Assembly (NCBI GenBank): GCA_028534125.1
Contig: CM052817.1
Location: 95,916,001 to 95,980,000, forward strand
Source: Lama glama
Taxonomy: Eukaryota
Reading direction: 5' to 3'
DNA length: 64,000 bases
The position numbers and the translations under genes are program-made. The number at the start of each line of letters is the position of its first letter. Positions within the stretch are counted from its first letter, which is position 1. Under the pieces are notes generated by a model. It saw only the letters and a list, made by a program, of their open reading frames with translations, was not told where the DNA came from and did no database searches. Positions 12,237 through 24,290 of this stretch are shown piece by piece.

Positions 12237-13832
12237 CTGTAAAACAAGAAGGAGTTAGAATTATTGTAAATCAGGTATCAATAATGCTGTTAACTACATA
12301 TGTGATAAAGGAATTCTCTCCTAGGCACCAAAAAGTTGGTAGCTATATACAAAGGTCAAGTGAACTTACTTTTAATTTTCTAAACTTAACACAAAACAGA
12401 CTGAGCAGTTTAACATATAATTTTTATTAGGAGACTAAGTCTGAAGGAAAATACCTAGTGTTTTACAATTAACTTAAATCATCTATTATTAAATACATTT
12501 CAGAATTGTAAGGTCATTCTGTGTTTATACTGTCTCTACTCATGTGGCATGATTTTCCATCTATAATCAATTTCCGAGATTTCAATTCACCTGCGTGTGG
12601 ATACCTAAAACAAACATGTCTCATTATTTTCTTATCAAGATATTTTTATTTATATAAGTGAAATAGTTTCTAATTTTCCTACTCCTCCAAAACAAAGGCC
12701 ATGAGTCTCATATCCTTTAAAATTTATTCTTACACAAAATCTAGGAAATGGGAAATCCTGAAACATAGCTTATTTTTCAACTTAACATTTCAGTAGACCT
12801 CTCCTAAGTGTGCATGTCTTAACGCTGTTCATAATTCCTACTTTCACTCCGTCCTCATTTCTTGGTTCTTTCTTTGCTAATGACTGCAGTCTCAACTTCA
12901 TAAAGATTCTATTGCCAGTAGCACAAGGTAGTGTTCGCCTGTGAACACTGTCACACACACTCACATTAACTTAAACTGCCACGAATTGCTATCTTCCTAT
13001 TAACTTTCCAGTGTTTTCACAAAACCTCCTTTCTGAACAAACAATAGCCAGTTTCAAAGATGTTTATCTCTTCCGTGAGTCCCTTTTGCAACCAGGTTCT
13101 CCCAAACTATCAGCGATGATCTTCCTGGCCCTTGGAACTTACTCTCACCCTTCCCTTGCAGGCTTAACCTCCATTTTCATTTAGTTTCCAGTTTCGTTAA
13201 ACTTGGAAATACCTTCTGGAAAGTAATTTTTGTGAAAGATGTTGAGATAGTTATGATGGAGGGAAGAGAATGTTAAATAAAACATACCAAATATTTAGAT
13301 AAATGAGGTTCATAGTTCAGAATGAAATGATGTGGGATCAGCGTTTTCACTGATTTCTGATTTCTGCATAAACTAGCTTAGCAAAATCTTTTCTACACCC
13401 TGGTGTATTTTATAAAACTCTGTCCCTCATCCTCGGCCCCAATCTATATGCAATCAAAATGCCACGAATGTGCCCGCATTCACTTAATACTTCCTTCAAC
13501 ACTGACCACTGGCTCTCAGTTTAACCCATAAAAAGGGTAGACTCTAGTCTTTTCCTCCATAACCAATATAAACTAAAGAAATAAAGACAAGCAGAAAGAG
13601 TGAAACACATAGGATTTGTGGTGTGTTACATGTTACATGGCTTTTGGCTGTTCCTTTTTACGCAAAGTCAAACTATTAAAAGCTAATAATCATACGCCAT
13701 TTTAGAGCAACTATGTCTTTGGTAAACACCTAGAGCAAGGTATTTAACAAATATATTTTCTTCACAAATATTAACCCTAAGGATGCTTCAGGGCAAACAT
13801 TGAAATAAGGAAAAATATTGTTTGCAAAGAAA

Positions 13833-14332
13833 NNNNNNNNNNNNNNNNNNNNNNNNNNNNNNNNNNNNNNNNNNNNNNNNNNNNNNNNNNNNNNNNNNNN
13901 NNNNNNNNNNNNNNNNNNNNNNNNNNNNNNNNNNNNNNNNNNNNNNNNNNNNNNNNNNNNNNNNNNNNNNNNNNNNNNNNNNNNNNNNNNNNNNNNNNNN
14001 NNNNNNNNNNNNNNNNNNNNNNNNNNNNNNNNNNNNNNNNNNNNNNNNNNNNNNNNNNNNNNNNNNNNNNNNNNNNNNNNNNNNNNNNNNNNNNNNNNNN
14101 NNNNNNNNNNNNNNNNNNNNNNNNNNNNNNNNNNNNNNNNNNNNNNNNNNNNNNNNNNNNNNNNNNNNNNNNNNNNNNNNNNNNNNNNNNNNNNNNNNNN
14201 NNNNNNNNNNNNNNNNNNNNNNNNNNNNNNNNNNNNNNNNNNNNNNNNNNNNNNNNNNNNNNNNNNNNNNNNNNNNNNNNNNNNNNNNNNNNNNNNNNNN
14301 NNNNNNNNNNNNNNNNNNNNNNNNNNNNNNNN
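13833..14332. other. Assembly gap (500 N)
   Basis: Direct read. Confidence 1.
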
Positions 14333-16479
14333 TAAAGTACAAAGTTTTCAAGTTCAAAACCATTCAGCTCAATGCTCTGTCCCTAAGGCTCACAATGTCT
14401 GGAGACGGGCAGTAGGACTCAGGGTGGTAACCTTCAAGTAAAAAGGCTCAGTTCTCGCCTGGAATTTCAAGGGTGATCTCACCTATCTCTGTTCCTCTTT
14501 CTACCTCAACTTTATCAAGTTATTTAATGTGATTTTCAAATGTTTTCATGAATAACCATATGGAACTATATTCCCCTCTATCAGCCCAGTGCTTATCCCA
14601 GGAACTGGCACAAAGAATATGTTCGCAGATGCATAAAGCTGTGCAGAATGAACAAATGAAGTGATTTGTAAACATGGGGTGCTAAAAAAGTGACAAACTC
14701 TTATCCAAAAGTGTATCTTTGTTTTTTCTAAAGGTAAAACAAAACAAAACAAAACCCACAAAACTTAAGTATATCTAAAAATCTCTTATTATCATGTAGC
14801 ATTACAAAATCAGTTGGTATTATTTTTTTCGCTGTTTATCAGTAGCAACACAACTCATCTAAGGTGCACTTAGAAACAAAGAGCATCCATCCATTGATGC
14901 CAAGAACAACGTGGGGGTGGGGGAGGCTCCCGCGCATGCGCACGTGTGTAATCAGCAGCGGGAACGTGGTAATGCATGTTCCCTCCCTTCGTTCTCCTCC
15001 ATCCCCATCTTAGCTCCTTAATGCTGCTCTTGAGGGGAAGACCTTAAACTGATAGAATTCTAACCCTAGAAGAAACTTGTCCATTTGCTCTTTTTAAAGA
15101 TTGAAAACTAAGGTCCAGAGAGAAGCGGCTTGTAATGAACACTTCTAATACCTGGGTTATTACGTGAAATTTGCTGTGCTTCTCAAACACACGCAAGCAA
15201 ATCTGCTCTGTGGTAACAATTCTCCTACCACTGAGGGGCTTGCAGAGCAGTAAACTCAGACCAAACGGAGAGAAAAGTTAAAACGATTTCATGTATTAAG
15301 TACACTTTGGGGGTTCTTTTTAACCCCAATTCAATCTAAAGGAGAAGTAAAAGAAAACCCATTTAAACTTTGGTTTTAAGAATATTAAGTGTTTTACTTT
15401 CTAGATCCATGACATAATAGATCACTTGTATGTTCAGTGTTTGTAAGTTCCCAGAAGACAGTGGAAAGGGCTATGGGGGGAGGGGGAGGGGAGGGCATTG
15501 TCCACGATCTCCAAGATCCCTTTGTCCTCTAGAACACCCATGACCTCTGACCCACTTGATTAGGAACACAGGACAGAGCAGCCCTCCTTTGAGGCTTTGT
15601 CAGATCAGAGGCCAGAGCAAGCTAGCCAGAGATGTAATTAATTGGGTACATGAAGCCAGACTAGGTACACCGGGGATGCTGGGGGGGAGGATGCTGGGGG
15701 AGGCGGAAGTCCCAAAGGGTGGCTCCCTTAGAAGTGGTGCTGAAAGGAAGGAAACCTCACTACTGGGCTCTAATTTGGCATACGTCCTTCCTTTTGAATC
15801 GGCCACCAGACCTGTCGCTGTGGTCAGTGTGAAGATGCAGACGTCCCCTTGGGGAAGTTCCTGACGCTCTGAAGTATGCCCTGGCATCCAGAAGAAAGAA
15901 GAGTGAGCATCTGCGTGTGAGAGCATGACTGGGAAATTAGACCCAATCACTTTGTATGCAGAGTTGATTTTAACTAAAGCAGAAGGAAATACGCTGCCTG
16001 GGCTATTTGGTTCTTCCCATTTTAATGAGGAACCTGACATGGTTTCTATTTCAGAGAGCAGTATCTTTATAAGAAGCATCAATAATTGGCACGTTTGGAT
16101 AAAGTTGCAGGTTCAAGATAAATCTGTCAAGCAAGTGCTCTGGGCTTCCCTGCGCTACCTGGCAGATATAAAGGTCACATCTCTCACGCTGCCAACCCGT
16201 GCTTTAACATACCGAATGTGAGAAAAACAATCCAGGCATTGGTTTGTTACATTGATTTGTTTTCATACGCTGAGAAGAAATGTTTTCCATGAAAATGAAA
16301 TATGCAGGAATTTAAGACCTTTGTTCAATCACTCAAATAATTACTGGTGCCCCCTGTGAGCCAGGGTCATGTTCTAGGCCCTGGGGATCCAACAGTGAAC
16401 AAAATACCAAACCCCTCCTCTCCAGGAGCTGCCTTTTAAAATCTGAGGTCTGTATACAGGTTCACCCATCACTAAGTGC

Positions 16480-17025
16480 ACATATGCTCCTTTGTATGGA
16501 ATGTCTTTCCCCCACTTATAACTGGGAAAGTTCTAGTCTTTATCTAAGAATTAGTTCAAGCATCACTTCTTTAGAAATTATTTTCAAACCTTCCTCTCAA
16601 AATGCACACTTGGCCACCCCCCCTTTTGTGGCTCTGTGTTTCCACTGTTCTACTCAGAATCTTTGGTTTTTCTTATTTACGCGTTTGCCTCTCCCAGTAG
16701 AGTATGTTTCTGAAGGTCAGGGACACGGGTATTTTTATGTTTATATTCCAGGCGTCCAGAGAGTGACTGTTTTACATGTAGGGCAGTGGTTCTCAAACAT
16801 TATCACACCAGAAGCATCTGGAGGGCTTGTTAAAACACCTATTCCAAGGCCCCACCATCAGAGTTTTCGATTTGGAATACCTGGGGGGAAGGATGAGGGG
16901 AGGATGGTGAGAATTTGCATTTCTAACAACCCCCGAGTGACGCTGCTGCTGAGCTGGGGTTCACACTTGAGAACCGCTAAGTTAGTACATAGTAGATGCT
17001 CAAAAATGTGTCCAACCGATGAACG
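16480..17025 (+). mobile_element. L2 3' fragment interrupted by MER5A
   Basis: ggaatgtctttcccc...ctcccagtagagtatg...catagtagatgctcaaaaatgtgt. Confidence 0.6.
16784..16978. mobile_element. hAT-Charlie MITE (MER5A-like)
   Basis: TIRs cagtggttctcaa ... ttgagaaccgct. Internal gagaatttgcatttctaacaa. Confidence 0.85.
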
Positions 17026-17189
17026 ATTGCAACACGCAGGTAGAAAGAGGGGCTTGACAATGTTTTCCTTTCCAGGCTTCCGACTTCAGGTAAGTTACAA
17101 AGCCCGGCTTCATGCACAGCCTCCAGAAAGGACCAGCAGCCTGGCCCCTCACCCAACGGCCTCCTGTAATGACAAGTATGGTAACATTC

Positions 17190-17400
17190 ATCGTGCACTG
17201 TTCTAAACGCATCACGTGTTGAATAATTTAGCACAGTGACTCGAGGTAGGTCTCATGAGTACCCCCATTTTCATCTGAGGAAATGGTGGCACAGGACAGT
17301 TAAACAACTTGGATGTGGGCTCTGTACCTAGAAAGTGACAGAAGCCAGGATCTCAACCCAGAAGGATCGCTCCACAGCCCTCACACTTAATCCTCACATT
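17190..17400 (-). mobile_element. MIR SINE
   Basis: cccattttcatctgaggaaatggtggcacag...gaagccaggatctcaacccag. Confidence 0.7.
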
Positions 17401-20400
17401 CGACTGCACGTTAATTACAGAAGATACAGAGCAGTGAAACGGGGCAGGTGGCCAGAGTGGGGGCCAAAGCTGGGCTCCCCTTAGCTTGTCCACGTGAGAG
17501 AAAGAGGGAGTGTCTGTGTGTGTGTGTGTGGGTGGGTGGGTGGAAGGTGCTGCATGGAGCTGGGGAGCCAGAGAGCAGACAGAAACAAAAAGAGAGGAAA
17601 AGGGGGAACTTGATAAGCAGTGGATGATGGTGTAGCCTTTTTCAAATAGGTTTCCGGATTTGAACCACAGGACATGGAAAATGACTTGAATGGCTATTTT
17701 CTCAACTCTCTCAAGGATGGTATATAACTGGGATCAGGGTAGATGCATCAGAAAGAAGTTAATCCAATACATACAAGGGCTGCTTTGAGGCATCAGGACT
17801 TAATTCTCGAACCTGGCAGAGACAGGCTGAGTCGAAGCAAGACTGGCTGCTATCAATCCATTCAACTTAGACACGATTTGATTTGGAAGGAATCCGGGGG
17901 TCCAGTCAGTGAAATATTATGGGGTTAAACTAACCTGACTCAGAAAAACAAGTAAATTCTTGATGAAGAGACACTGGCTAAAATCATAGAAGTCCTAGTT
18001 ATCAACCCGCAGTTACAAAACAGATGGTGTGTTGTAAATCAGTTCTGTAAGCGAGCTGACCTGTAAACCGTCATTAACGCACCGCGTCCTCACTTGCTCG
18101 GCTGTGTAATCAGCCTTTTATCTCCTACCAGGGAAATCCATTAGCCACAGGCATCACTACTACTTGCGCCTCTTCTCGGCTATTAAAACATTGTTGTATT
18201 AAGTAATTCACCCTTGATGATCGGTCTTTGCTTTCATTAGCACCACATTCAGGGAAAAATAAGAATAGCTGTTTACAGTTAATGCTGTAGAATCAGGGAT
18301 GTGAAATCTCTTTTGCGAGGAAGTCAGGAAGACACTTCTGACACAGAGCAGGATGTGTTCGCTTCCTGCCCAGTTCCCGTCTCCCCGCGTTGCCCACAGA
18401 GCCCAACCCCAAGGAAGGGACGCAAGAAAAGGACCTGTTTACTATTGGATCTAACTTTCTCCTCCCCACACACAGACACACCCATAAACGCCTGTCCCTT
18501 TCCTGTCACAAAGACAAGGTGTGCCCACAGGGGAAGGCAGAGTGACTCTTCTAGATTTCCATCTTTCCCACAAAGGGACAGTTCAGTCCTTCTTTCACTT
18601 CTGCTGCCCCTGATCGCAGGGATGCATGCGAACTAAACCGATTACTTACACAAAATCAACGACTTAAACGGATGCCAGCTGATGGGCTCAATACAAAAAT
18701 GGCTGTCATTTTTATCAAAATTAAGAACATGGTTGTTAAAAAGCCATATTGATTCAGCTGCATGTGTCAACCTAAGCTGGGTCACGACATCGCAAGTATA
18801 CACTTCCTGGAGGAAGTGATCCTTTTTCTCTCCAGATGCATGGTATTTTTCCTTCCCTGAGAAATAAAGGACAAAATAGGCTTTAAGTGACTTTTCAAAG
18901 ATAAGAAAGTATGTAACACGTTTCTTTTTGTTATATGCTCATTTAAAATGTAAGATGAAAAGATTACCTTCCAGGAACTGATGGAAACTACGTCCAATCA
19001 TAAGTTCTGGTTACTCAAACCACACAGAAATTTCAGTAAAATGTGCCAAAGAAACTGTCCAACAGCTTATCATCACCCAAAGGGGAAAGCCCTGGGGAGA
19101 CGGGCTTACAGGACAGGGCGGGCTGGAGGCAGAGGTCCTCAGATGCAGCTAGAAACAAATTTTGCCCCTAACTCCGTGGCCACAGGATTTTGTCTTGTCA
19201 GTCCTGAGCTGGGTTCAGGAACCACAGAACCTGCTGTTGCTAATGATCCCTAAAGCAGACAAAGCTTTAAGCCCCTCCTCCGGAGGGACTGGCAAGCAAG
19301 GGTGGCGTAAGGAAGCCGTGTCCTTCTCACTCCGGCTAGTTCATCACTGGCCGGGGGGCAGCCGCTGGAGTTGGAGGGGGAACCGAGGGGCAGGGAAAAG
19401 CCTGGCTAAGTCAGTGCTACGCCGGAGCTCGCCCTGTACCACCACCACCTCCCTTCAGATAAGTGTGCAGAGTCCCATATCAGCAGTGGAGCTGGCCTCT
19501 CTGCGTCAGTGGTCCTTGAAGTGGGAGGCAATTTATAAATGTCTTCTAGAGCATTTGAAAATGGCTTACCAGGTGCTCCTCTTCTCAAATTATGGTTCAA
19601 CTGGGTCTGGGGGAGCCCTGGTAACAGCCCTTAGAAAAGACACCGTGGATTATCTTGCATCACAATATTCTCCCTGCTTGGAACCATCTCTGTGTGATTT
19701 ACACACTCAGTCAGAAGATGAGCCGCTCTCACGCTCGAGAGGAGGAGATCTGTCTACACTTGCTGGGTACGAGGTGGAGAACCCAGCTCAGTATGGAGCT
19801 ACTCGGGTGACCACATGGACAGTTTCTCTTCAAGTGCTTTATGTTTTATTATCATTGTATATGTCGCACACGTGTGTGACCATCAGTTATGCAACCATTA
19901 TTGGGAACGTACTACAAAAAAATCACCAGAGTATTGTACAGGACGCGAATGGCTATATTCATTGTTTTTGTTTATACTGATGGGGTCGGAGTTGAAGCAT
20001 CTTCCATCACAGGTTAGTCAGTTACTAGAGAAGCTAGTGATGACCGTAGCCTTGACAGCTGCCACTGATGATGGCTCTCCTTGACCCTGACCCTCACTCT
20101 TCTATGAGTTCCTAGGTAATTCAGCCTGAATCACATAGTTTAGTAGTTAATTTTTCCTCTAAATTTTTACATAGTCTTTATTCTTGTTTATCCATAGCTT
20201 AAGTTTCTTCCAAGGCAATAATTACACCTTATTCTGTTTTGTCTTTCCTATGTCACCTAGAATATCCATGTCCAGGAAGTAGTACCTGAGTGCTGATAAC
20301 ATGTCCTGAAATCACCTGTCTCCTGGGAGGCATCTCTGGAAGCACAACCTGGAAAGAACACACCTGGGGAGGCAGACCCTGCCTGAACGTGTCTTGTGTC

Positions 20401-20651
20401 CTGGCCTGGTCGTGCAGACTCAAGACTTACAAAACCTCTTTGAACCTGTTTTCTCGTGTGAGGGAGGAGAATACCTACCCCTGAAGGCACTCATGTTGCT
20501 CACATGGGGTTATGTATACAGCACTCATAGCTACGCAGTAAAATTATTCTACCTTTCCCCACCCCCCCCACTCCCCTTCTGGAAAAACAGAGTTTCTTAT
20601 ACAGGGCTGTGAGAATTCAAGTCTATTGGATTTAAGAATGGCTCAAGTGTC

Positions 20652-20770
20652 GAGAGGAAATAGCTCAAGTGGTAGAGCACATGCCTAGCATGCACAAGGT
20701 CCTGGGTTCAATCCCCAGTGCCTCCTCTAAAAATAAATAAAACCTGATCACCTCCTCCACCCCAAAAAAA
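20652..20770 (+). mobile_element. Camelid tRNA-Ala-derived SINE (Vic-1-like)
   Basis: tagctcaagtggtagagcacatgcctagcatgcacaaggtcctgggttcaatcccc (Pol III A and B boxes). Imperfect TSD aatggctcaagtg / aaaggctgaagtg. Confidence 0.9.
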
Positions 20771-23266
20771 AGGCTGAAGTGGAAAGTAACAGAAGAGACA
20801 GATCAGTGGAACATACAGTGAGCCTAGAAACAGGGCCTGGCGGGCATGCACAGGAGGGTCTGTACACGTTTGCGTGTGTGCGTGAGCGTGTATGTGTGTC
20901 CAATGGTCACCATGGCTTTTAAATACCTGCTTGATGAGGGCCAGGTTTCTAAGAAATCAAGTCATACAAAGTCAATTGATATTAACAGCAGAACTGGGGG
21001 TGCTCCCACTTATTAAGAGGGGCTTATATGTTACTGAAGGGGTAAGCATGTCGGTGGATGTTTATTAAACATCCTAAGGTATCATCCCCACATGTGAGGA
21101 TGGTCTGATCTGTGACTCTGAGGACATGACTTTCTAGTGGTCCAAGTTTCCACCCTGTGTGTTTCCAGAGGTCTTGAGGTTCAACTGACTTTTGTGGCTG
21201 GGATGGAAGTGAGGGCTTGATCTGTCTGTCCTTCTAAAGGCACAGGGTCCAAGTGCTATTGACCTTCCTCTGCCAAACATGAACTTACTTAACTAAACTG
21301 GTGTCTACAGAATTATGGAGCTTGAGGCCATGACAACACCATCCGATGTCTGGTTTCCTTAGATCGGAGTTGCATAGAATTAGACTGACCTGTTCTATTA
21401 TCCCTGACCTTCTTGTCTTAACTTCAGAGGGAGTAAGAGAGAAACAGAGACGGTGCTTCCTGTCATTCCTCAGAGTAGCCAAGATGTGCCTGGAAGGAGG
21501 TGTGAGGGAGCTGCGAAGCAGACTCGAGGGGACAGGAGTCCACAGAAGGAGGGGCTTCACACCGCCCGATGGGTGGTCCAGCACTGTTCACCGGGACTTA
21601 AAACCCCACCTCGCAGCCTAAGTGCTTAACTCAGCACCATGGCCTCTTCATCTTAAATACCACCCTGCACTAGGTTTCAAGTTTTTAAATCTCTCTCCTT
21701 CAGTCATCTCTATTATTTGCTGCTGAGCAAAAACTATAACAATGGCTGGTAAACATAGTGCCCGTGATAAACCACATCAAAGGAAAGGAAATATTTGCAA
21801 ATTTGAAGTGATGTTAAACATAGCCGAGAATCAGAACCATGCCTGCGAAAACACCTGAAATAAGGAGATCCCTTGAGACACACGAGAAGTTTCCATCTAC
21901 CTTCTCTTTCTCCTCAAATTCAGTTTTCTTTCAGTAAAAAAATTTATTGTTAAAAAACGCCACTTTTTCGATTAAATAAAATGTTTTGTATTTTAGCAAT
22001 CTCCTTTGAAATATTAGAATACTGTTCATACAATCTCTACCTTGGATTTTCATGATCTGTGAATATATTCTATTTTCTCTATTAAATCATAAATTCTTTG
22101 AGGGAAGAATCGAAGTCAGATTGATCTTTGTCATAGTCAGAGTGCACAGGAGGCATTCAAACATCTAATAGAAGAATGGATGTTTTGTTTAATATTATTG
22201 AGAAAAATGTAAATTATTTTTTATAGCAAGTACAAATTAAGATTTTATGAATCAGGTTGAGATCCTAACCTTCGAACCACTAATTTGTCATTTGAATCAT
22301 TCTAATCATTCCTTACCCATCTTTCCATTCTCCATCTAACAAATATTTATTGAATACCTGGCATCAGAGATAAGTTAATGAATAAGATATGCATGGTTCC
22401 TGGCCTGGCAGAACAAAGTCCAGTGGGTGCTTAGCACGAGGACACTGTTTCATAAAGAAAATTCATATGGAATTCCAAGTAATGAACTTGTAAGTGCAGT
22501 TTTTAGCTAGACAGGGCCTTGATTTATTCTTACAGATTGGAACTTCGTAGATGGATACGCATCCACTGACAAAACAGACAGAGATTTCAGCCCCTGCCAG
22601 TATCAGAGGGATGTTATCAAGAAGACTGAGGTGATACAGGTGGAAGCACTTTAAGTCTTGGGCGTGACTGGTGACCTTTTAGGAAGTTTCACTGCGCTCA
22701 CTGTCAGCCATGGTAAACACTGGGTCCATGAACACACAAGATTATAAGATTATAGAGGCTATATGATTATAGAATCAGAAAGTTGTAAGAGCCCCTCATT
22801 CAGGCCCGGACTCGCTGGGCTGCTGCTGCATTTCAGGGAAGTGCTTTTCCAAAACCTTAATGTTCTTGGGATTATTTCCTATTTTCTTTTATAAAGGGTC
22901 AAATTTAAATAACTAGGGACTCGATGGTTCTTTTTTACAGCTCACAACAGACTTTCCCATAAATGAACTCTCTCCATCTTATCATAATTCTCACTTTACA
23001 GAGGTAAAGACTGAGGCTGAGAAGGGGTAAGGAAAATCCACCGTTCACAGCAGATACTGGCTGCAGACTGAGCCAACACGGGGCGCCTGCTCCCCGTACC
23101 CTGCTGCATCTCTACAACAGCCGTGAGGGAGGGGAAGTCAGTCCCTCCAAAATGGCTTTACAGTAAGGACTGTGCTGCTGCAGGTAGAGTATAAAACAAG
23201 GAAACACTAGCTTTAAAAGTAGCCCTCACCCAGCTCTGAACAGAGGCGCCCATCTACCCGTCCAAC

Positions 23267-23885
23267 TGTGATGTTGTGATACAGTATTTGGTCTTCGTCC
23301 CCAATTCCTAGTACACAGCTTCTAAAACCCTCGTAACTTCCCGAGTGATGGGGTGATAAGAGCATCTTTTGTTATATTTGAGTCTGTCCCCGGTGCCTGG
23401 CTCAGAGGGTTTAGAGAGCTCCTGGGTTGGTGGCTGCATCCACGTGCAGGGAGGGCGGTGCCCCCAACTCCGCGGGACAGGAGCTCCTGCACTTGCGACC
23501 CTCTGGACCTCGCCCTACGTACCTCTTCACCTGGCTGTTTGTTTGTATCCTTTATAATCAATCAGTAATAGTCAACAGCGTGCTTCATTGGGTTCTGTGA
23601 GCAGTGACAGCAAATTACTAACATTGAGGAGTGGGTTGTGGGAATCCCTGATTTGTTGCTAAGTCGGACTGACGTGAGAACCCGCTGCTTCCTGCTGGCA
23701 CCCGAAGTGAAGGGCAGCCTTGTGGGACTGAGCCCTTCATCTGTAGGGGCTTCGGTAACTCTGGGTAGTTAGTGTCAAGAGGAATTCAACTGCAGAATAC
23801 CCAGCTGGTACCTGCAGAGCACTGGAGAATCGCTTGGTGTGGAAGACCCACCCATCTGGTGTGAGCACAGAGTTTTCCTTTCCCA
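23267..23885 (+). mobile_element. LTR element (MER21-like)
   Basis: tgtgat...tttggtcttcgtcccc...gggttctgtgagcagtgacagcaaatta...cttgtgggactgagccctt...ggtagttagtgtcaag. Confidence 0.75.
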
Positions 23886-24290
23886 AGCATCCATTCAAAA
23901 GCGCTTTTGAGTGACCTCCAGGGCCAGGCATTATTTTGAGCAGAGGGGTTACAGCAGTGACCCAAACAGAAAGTCTCTGCTACCTTGTGATGCTTTGCTC
24001 TAGTTAGCGAAGACAGACAATAAATAAATTAACCAATGATTAAGATGCCACGAGATCACAAATGCTAAGAGGAACAGTTAAGCATGGTAGGTGGGGAGAC
24101 AGTGATGGAACATATCATTTCATATGAGGTAGTGAGGAAAGGTGTCTCTCCTAAAATGACATTTGACCAGAGACTTGGTGAAACTGAAGGAGGGAGCCAT
24201 GTGGATATCTGGGGATGGAGGGCAACATAGGCTGAGCCAGCGCCAAGTGTAAAGACTCTGAGGACGGTCCTTGGTGCCGCGGGACCATCC
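23886..24290 (-). mobile_element. L2 3' fragment
   Basis: catccattcaa...ccaggcatt...gtgaggaaaggtgtctctcctaaaatgacatttgaccagagac. Confidence 0.75.

Noticed and set aside
13788..14441. Long ORFs spanning N runs (also 29273-30079 and 58564-59190)
   Set aside because: Artefacts of translating gap characters.
16484..17206. 240-aa + strand ORF
   Set aside because: It runs through degenerate L2 and MER5A sequence and shows no recognisable protein features.
19162..19980. 272-aa + strand ORF, the longest gap-free ORF
   Set aside because: Non-ATG start, no recognisable domain, and no poly-A or TSD of a retrocopy. Likely chance in locally GC-richer DNA; a BLASTP would settle it.
20652..20725. tRNA-Ala gene calls (also at 2247 and 42303)
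   Set aside because: SINE tails, TSDs (on two of the three copies) and broken stems indicate SINE copies rather than tRNA genes.
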